Source: Candidatus Flexifilum breve (lineage in GTDB: Bacteria; Chloroflexota; Anaerolineae; Aggregatilineales; Phototrophicaceae). Taken from it: 64,000 nucleotides of DNA. The notes under the pieces were generated by a model. That model was not told the DNA's origin. It saw only the letters and a program-made list of their open reading frames with translations, and did not search any database. Location: the NCBI GenBank assembly GCA_016717205.1, contig JADKGC010000011.1, positions 217,953 through 281,952 of the forward strand, given 5' to 3'. Below are positions 59,116 through 64,000 of the stretch, in pieces. A program made the position numbers and the translations under genes. Positions within the stretch are counted from its first letter, which is position 1; every line of letters starts with the position of its first letter.

Positions 59116-60395
59116 ATGCGCTTAATCGCTGCGCTGATCGTCTGTTTGCTCATCGCGAGCGCCGTTTCTGCTCAGGAGACAACGCCCGTTCCTGCGGCTA
59201 CGCTGACTATTGATGAGGCGCTCGCGCAGCAAGTCGCGCAGGATGCCGACGATGCGCGCCGCTCCATGGAAGAAGCTGCGCGCTACGCCGAAGATGCCAG
59301 CCGCTTCCTCGGCATCTTTGAGGCGATCAGCGTGGCGATTGCGATTGCGGGCGGTTCGCTCGGCGTGATCGGCGTGACGCGGTTGTTCTCGGCGCAGAGC
59401 GAACTCGCGAAAGCCCGGCAGCGCGTCGATGCGGAACTCACCGATCTGCGCAGTCGTTTCCAGACCGAACTCACCGAAAAGAAAATGCGCTGCAAGCCAT
59501 GAGCACCACGCTCCTGCAAAGCCTCGAACGGCAGCGCAAAGCCACCGAACAGGCGACGCTCGCGCTCTCGCTCCTGCCACTGGGCGAACGTCAATACCGG
59601 GCACAGGACTTACAGGGTGCGGCGGATACCTACATGCGCGCGCTCAAGCTGGACGAAGATAATCCGCTCATTCACTATCGCCTCGGCTATGTGTACGTGC
59701 AGAGCGGCCAGCTTTCGGATGCGGAACGCCATTTGCAGCAGGCACTGAGTATCGACCCGGAATTTCATCTGGCGATGGCCGCGCTCGGCTATGTGTACCG
59801 CCGCATCGGTGACAAGCTGCCCGAGGGGTTGGAACGCGACGAAATGCTCAACAAGGCCGAAGCGCATCTGATCAAGGCGCTGCGCCTCTCGCCCAAGCTG
59901 GTCGACGATGATAGCGAATCGTGGTGGGGCTCGCTCGGCGGGCTGTACCGCCGCCGCGGCCAGATCGATCAGGCGATCTACGCGTATGAACAGGCGGCGA
60001 AAGTCACCCCGCACTCGTCGTACCCGTTCAGCAACCTTGCCATGCTCTACATGGGACGGCACAACCGCGAGCAGATGCTGCAAACCTTCCGCCGCGTCGA
60101 ACGCTTGGCGCGTGGGGAAGTGCAGGCGGAAGTCGACAACTACTGGGCGTATGCGGACCTGCTGACCTCGCGCCTGGCGCTGGGTAAAATCGACGAAGCC
60201 GAGGATGCCCTCACCTCGGTGTTCGATCTCGCCTCGGCCTCGTCGCCGTACGCGCTCGAAGCGCTCGTGGATACGCTCACCCGCTTGCTCGACTCGCTCG
60301 GCGGACCGGACGCCGCGCCGCACATCCCCCCGTACATCCACCGGATTCAGGAACGCATCGGCGAAATCACCGAGCTGCGGCTGAAATCCACGTAA
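59116..60395 (+). CDS. Signal peptide-TM-coiled-coil-TPR protein, frameshifted at about 59480 (or two coupled genes)
   Basis: One added A in GAAAAG gives continuous TEKENALQAMSTT; TPRs, SLGGLYRR, YPFSNLA, DNYWAYAD. Confidence 0.78.
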
Positions 60396-60529
60396 TTCCC
60401 CGGAAACCAGTTCCTAAACGGGGCGGTCGCGTGGCCGTCCCGTCAGCCGCAGCTCGCGCACGTTTTCCCGGAGAAGTGGGGTATTCGCCGCGGAGACGGT
60501 ACAATCGCGCCGATCTCACGCTATACTTG

Positions 60530-60541
60530 GAACAGACATTC
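60530..60541. promoter_or_regulatory. Putative LexA (GAAC-N4-GTTC type) box
   Basis: GAACagacATTC, one mismatch, immediately after TATACT and upstream of a DNA repair gene. Confidence 0.45.
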
Positions 60542-60556
60542 GCAATTTGAGGGAGT

Positions 60557-61282
60557 GTGAACATGAGCGAAGTCCGGATCGACGCGCTGAATCAGATCGC
60601 CGCCGAAGTGCGCACCTGCACGCTGTGTGACCTACATAAGTCACGCACGCGCGCGGTTCCCGGCGCGGGCAGCTACCACACGGAGATCATGTTCATCGGC
60701 GAAGGCCCGGGTTTTAACGAAGACCAGAAGGGGCTGCCCTTCGTCGGGCGCTCGGGTGATTATCTCGAGAAGATGTTCAAGCTGATCGGCCTGTCGCGCG
60801 ATCAGGTCTTCATCACCAACGTGGTCAAGTGCCGCCCGCCGGATAACCGTGACCCGCTGCCGTTCGAAATCGAAACCTGCAAGCCGTACCTCGATCAGCA
60901 GATCAACCTGATCGATCCGCTGATGATTGTCACGCTCGGGCGCTTCAGCATGGCGCGCTACTTCCCCGGCGGCAAAATCACGCAGATTCACGGCCAGCCG
61001 AAGTTCGAAAACGGGCGCGCCTACTATCCGCTGTTTCACCCGGCGGCGATTCTGCGCAACCCGACTCAGGAACCGCTGATGGTCGCCGACTTCCGCCGCA
61101 TTCCGGAGATTCTGGCGAAAGTCCGGGCGCTGCGTGCGCAGGGCGCACCGCCGCCCCCTTCCGCTGGTGACGACGCGCCACCCAACTACGTTCCGCCGCA
61201 GTCCAGCCCCGCCGATGTAGCCGTGTCGAAGCCGGAAGAGAAGCCGGAGGACAAACCCCCGACGCAGCTTTCGCTGTTTTAA
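60557..61282 (+). CDS. Uracil-DNA glycosylase family 4
   Basis: CTLC, IGEGPG..ED..G.PFVGRSG, TNVVKCRPPDNR, FHPAA. Confidence 0.95.
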   Translation: MNMSEVRIDALNQIAAEVRTCTLCDLHKSRTRAVPGAGSYHTEIMFIGEGPGFNEDQKGLPFVGRSGDYLEKMFKLIGLSRDQVFITNVVKCRPPDNRDPLPFEIETCKPYLDQQINLIDPLMIVTLGRFSMARYFPGGKITQIHGQPKFENGRAYYPLFHPAAILRNPTQEPLMVADFRRIPEILAKVRALRAQGAPPPPSAGDDAPPNYVPPQSSPADVAVSKPEEKPEDKPPTQLSLF

Positions 61283-61445
61283 CGTCAGTTAGGGATAAGC
61301 CTCATTCGTGCATCCCCCTCACCCCCAACCCCTCTCCCACGCAAGCGGGGAGAGGGGAGACGAACCCTGTTTTGGCTGTCTCCCCTCCCTGAATTCGGGG
61401 AGGGGCCGGGGGTGGGGTCAGAGAAGCGCTATCCATAACTCTCGC
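61282..61445. mobile_element. MITE-like element with IS982-type ends
   Basis: ACGTCAGTTAGGGATAA ... CTATCCATAACTCTCGC flanked by direct repeat TGTTTTA. Confidence 0.72.
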
Positions 61446-61456
61446 TGTTTTAAGAT

Positions 61457-61529
61457 CACAGTGATCAGTTCACAGTCCGTGGCTTGGCCTGAGCTCTGAC
61501 TGTGAATTGAACACTGTCTACTGTAAACT
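61457..61529. repeat. Inverted heptamer-repeat hairpin
   Basis: cacagtgatcagttcacagtc ... gactgtgaattgaacactgtctactgtaaact. Confidence 0.6.
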
Positions 61530-61535
61530 TCTCGT

Positions 61536-61630
61536 GGGGGTGTTTGCGTCCCGGTGGGCGTCCCGATCTTCAAAATCGGTGGCTGGCTGCATAGACAGGC
61601 GGCGGTGGGTTCGACCCCCATGCACTCTCG
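61536..61630 (+). tRNA. selC: tRNA-Sec (anticodon UCA)
   Basis: 8-bp acceptor GGGGGTGT/GCACTCTC, 6-bp D stem with CGGT loop, CCGAT-CTTCAAA-ATCGG, long variable arm, GTGGG-TTCGACC-CCCAT, G discriminator, CCA not encoded. Confidence 0.92.
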
Positions 61631-61672
61631 TCAGCATAACGGCGAAAAAATGTCAGCGCGGCGCTTGTCCGT

Positions 61673-62248
61673 TTACCACACAAACGGGATGAGCCGCGCG
61701 CTGACCCGCTGGCTGTAACGCGCATAGCCGGGTAAACACGCTTGAAGATAGGCATCTTCCACGCGCGTTTTGTAGGCGTACAGCGCGATCAAGCCCCACG
61801 CCAGCAGGGTGATCGGCACGGACAGGTAGACGAGGGCGATGCCCATAAACAGCAGAATCATCGAGGCGTAGATGGGATGCCGCACGATGCCGTAGAGGCC
61901 TTCTGTGATGATGCGATGCCCCGTTTGCACTGCATTCTGCGCTGTCCAGAAGCGTCCCAGCGTCCAGCGCGAATAGAAGGCGCCGCTCATCCCCAGTGCC
62001 ACAAAGACGAAACCGTTCCACGCCAATTGGCCGTTGGGTGACGCAAAATCCCCGCTGATCGACACGGCCAACATCACCACCGACAGCAGGACGGTTAAAA
62101 TGCCGATGCCGATGAGCACCAGCCGATCCTGCGGATCTTGCGCCGCCCGAATATCAGCCAGCGCTTTTGTGCCGCCATTCCAGTAAATCAGCAGCCAAAC
62201 GAACCACGCCGTGAGCGTGAGCAGAGCGATCATCGTCGATGTCCTCAC
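61673..62248 (-). CDS. Isoprenylcysteine carboxyl methyltransferase (ICMT/Ste14) family membrane protein
   Basis: LGRFWT, GLYGIVRHPIY, ED.YL...GY..Y...RLIPFVW. Confidence 0.9.
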   Translation of the reverse strand: MRTSTMIALLTLTAWFVWLLIYWNGGTKALADIRAAQDPQDRLVLIGIGILTVLLSVVMLAVSISGDFASPNGQLAWNGFVFVALGMSGAFYSRWTLGRFWTAQNAVQTGHRIITEGLYGIVRHPIYASMILLFMGIALVYLSVPITLLAWGLIALYAYKTRVEDAYLQACLPGYARYSQRVSARLIPFVW

Positions 62249-62367
62249 AGGTCAACTTACTTGGGCAATGCATGCCTCTATCACAATACGGCTGATCTTG
62301 CGCTGATTCCCATAAGATGTAATGTTCATGTGGAGCGGGCACGTGAGTGTGTTTCGCGCTTCCCAGA

Positions 62368-62401
62368 CAAAAAGAAAGCTCCATCCGGGGCTGGATGGAG
62401 C
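62368..62401 (-). terminator. Intrinsic terminator-like hairpin with no gene directly upstream
   Basis: Minus strand GCTCCATCC-agcccc-GGATGGAGC-TTTCTTTTT. Confidence 0.7.
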
Positions 62402-62504
62402 GGTAAAGAAGCATTATTACAAGAAGTCTATTTAGTCCCTGTGATCGGGAAGCGTTTTTGTAAATCTATATTCACAATTTTTTCACACATTCGTCATGGC
62501 GGGA

Positions 62505-62520
62505 AGTGACAAAGATCACA
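62505..62520. promoter_or_regulatory. CRP/FNR-family-like box
   Basis: AGTGA-caaaga-TCACA, 9 of 10 match to TGTGA-N6-TCACA. Confidence 0.45.
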
Positions 62521-62719
62521 TTCTGGCATGACATCGCCGGGTTGTAGACCGGTGACCTGCGCGTTACCATCGATCCCCATTGCCCACGAACGCCTACATT
62601 TGACTGCCCATTCAGCTTTCAACACCCTTTGCCGGCGCACGGTGTTTTAGGTTGTCAGACGCTGAAAATTTCACTATAACCTTGCCTCGACGTGATCGAG
62701 CTACCATAAGGAGACTGCG

Positions 62720-63187
62720 ATGGGTTATCTGGATGACGCTCCGCGCGGAGTGTACTACGAAGATATTGAACTGGGGCAGAAGATGGTCACGCGGGGCCGC
62801 ACCATCACCGAAGCAGACATCGTCGCCTTTGCCGGGCTGACCGGCGACTACAACCCCATGCATACCGACGCCGAATATATGAAAGGCTCGGCCTTCGGTC
62901 AGCGCATCGCGCATGGCATGCTGACGCTGAGCTATGCGGTCGGGCAGGCGTACCAGCTCGGCTTCATGGAACGCACGGTGATCGCCTTCCGCGGGCTGGA
63001 AATGAAGTTCAGCTTGCCCGTGTTCATCGGCGACACGCTGCATGTCGAACTGGTGGTGCTGGAGAAGAAGGAAGCACGGCGCTTGGGCGGCGGCACGGTC
63101 ACGCTGGAAGTGAAGATCATCAATCAGGATGGCAAAACCGTGCAGTCCGGCACGTGGACGGTCATCCTCGCGTCAAAACCGGAATAG
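62720..63187 (+). CDS. MaoC-family (R)-enoyl-CoA hydratase/dehydratase
   Basis: RTITEAD..FAGLTGDYNPMH, IAHG, PVFIGDT; AGGAG RBS. Confidence 0.93.
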   Translation: MGYLDDAPRGVYYEDIELGQKMVTRGRTITEADIVAFAGLTGDYNPMHTDAEYMKGSAFGQRIAHGMLTLSYAVGQAYQLGFMERTVIAFRGLEMKFSLPVFIGDTLHVELVVLEKKEARRLGGGTVTLEVKIINQDGKTVQSGTWTVILASKPE

Positions 63188-63208
63188 CTGTCAGTTATCA
63201 GTGAAATA

Positions 63209-63413
63209 GCGTGAGTTATGGATAGAACAGTCCAGTAGAGGCGGCTCTGCGTGCCTGTCGCTCGTATCCGACCCCACCCCCGACCCCTCCCCGAATTCGG
63301 GGAAGGGAGCCAGATTTCCCCCTCGCCCCGCTTGCGTGGGAGAGGGGGCTAGGGGGTGAGGGGTGTCAATTCCGACGTGACGGATCTACGATCCGCTTAT
63401 TCCTAACTGACGT
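63209..63413. mobile_element. Second MITE-like element with IS982-type ends
   Basis: GCGTGAGTTATGGATAG ... TTATTCCTAACTGACGT with the same palindromic cargo, inverted relative to 61282-61445. Confidence 0.68.
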
Positions 63414-63485
63414 TATCAAGTGTTTCAAAACAGCGTCAGTCGCTGCCCTAACGGGTTACTGATAACTGTGAACTGACAACTTCAG

Positions 63486-64000
63486 TTAGACCACCGCGAC
63501 GTTTTGCTGCTCGATGGGCAGCGTGAACGAGAACACCGCTCCGCCACTCGTCCCATTCGCCACCGAAATCGCGCCGCCGTGCGCTTCGACAGCCAAGCGG
63601 CAGAACGCCAGCCCCAACCCGACGCCGTTCGGCGCATTCACATACTTGATGCGGAAATACTTGTCGAAGATTTCTTCGTGGAAGTGCAGCGGTACGCCCG
63701 GCCCGGTATCCGTCACGCTGATGCGGATTACATCGGCGGTGATCCCCGCACTCACCGTGATTTTACCCCCGGTCGGCGTGTGTTTGATCGCATTCTCGAT
63801 CAAGTTGGTGAGCACGCGCAGAATCATGTCGGCGTCCACGCTCACGACGGGGAGATTCGCGTCCAGATCGAGCACGAGCAGCTGCTCGGCTTCGCGCGCC
63901 AGCGGATAGACCAGTTCGAGCGCGTCCGAGACCAGATTGTGCAGCTTGGTTGAGCGGCGCGCGACGATGGCGCGGCCTTCTTCGAGGCGTTCGATGTCGA
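63486..64000 (-). CDS. Sensor histidine kinase, HATPase domain (5' partial)
   Basis: NLIENAIKH, DTGPG, GLGLAFC, HGG. Confidence 0.93.
   Translation of the reverse strand, partial: DIERLEEGRAIVARRSTKLHNLVSDALELVYPLAREAEQLLVLDLDANLPVVSVDADMILRVLTNLIENAIKHTPTGGKITVSAGITADVIRISVTDTGPGVPLHFHEEIFDKYFRIKYVNAPNGVGLGLAFCRLAVEAHGGAISVANGTSGGAVFSFTLPIEQQNVAVV

Noticed and set aside
56496-61282. Dedicated DNA-repair operon (mutY, udg)
   Set aside because: The genes are on opposite strands and separated by unrelated genes.
597-63413. CRISPR array suggested by recurring palindromes
   Set aside because: Copies are dispersed and variable, lack regular unique spacers, and there are no cas genes.
61630-64000. 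Genomic island integrated at selC
   Set aside because: No integrase and no duplicated tRNA 3' end; the neighbours are ordinary genes.

Overview
GC-rich bacterial chromosomal window, most likely from a Chloroflexota (Anaerolineae-like) organism. This is inferred from the many secreted proteins with Thr/Pro-rich linkers, the extended CoaE and the Gram-positive-type SOS box. It carries about 60 protein genes: housekeeping (sdhB, prfA, a glnA-type gene, coaE, trpS, mscL), base-excision repair (mutY, family-4 UDG, endonuclease IV-like), hydrolases, GNATs, TPR proteins and kinases. There is also a selenocysteine tRNA (selC) and a chimeric IS3/IS982 remnant. No CRISPR array, rRNA, prophage or reverse transcriptase was seen. 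The most striking unexplained signals are: (i) a dense, nested set of small non-coding mobile elements, in which at least three kinds of MITE-like terminal inverted repeats carry palindromic repeats as cargo and two kinds repeatedly sit in the centre of GTAG-type REP palindromes, some with target-site duplications; (ii) a TRPM-type SLOG (LSDAT) gene paired with a membrane-anchored TPR protein, and a separate TIR-TM-TPR receptor-like gene; (iii) a strongly paired leader RNA with an embedded Arg-rich uORF ahead of a tandem GNAT operon whose first gene has an in-frame TGA. Four frameshifts, three of them at short homopolymers, suggest possible assembly errors. All calls are by eye from the sequence and ORF track; no database searches were run.
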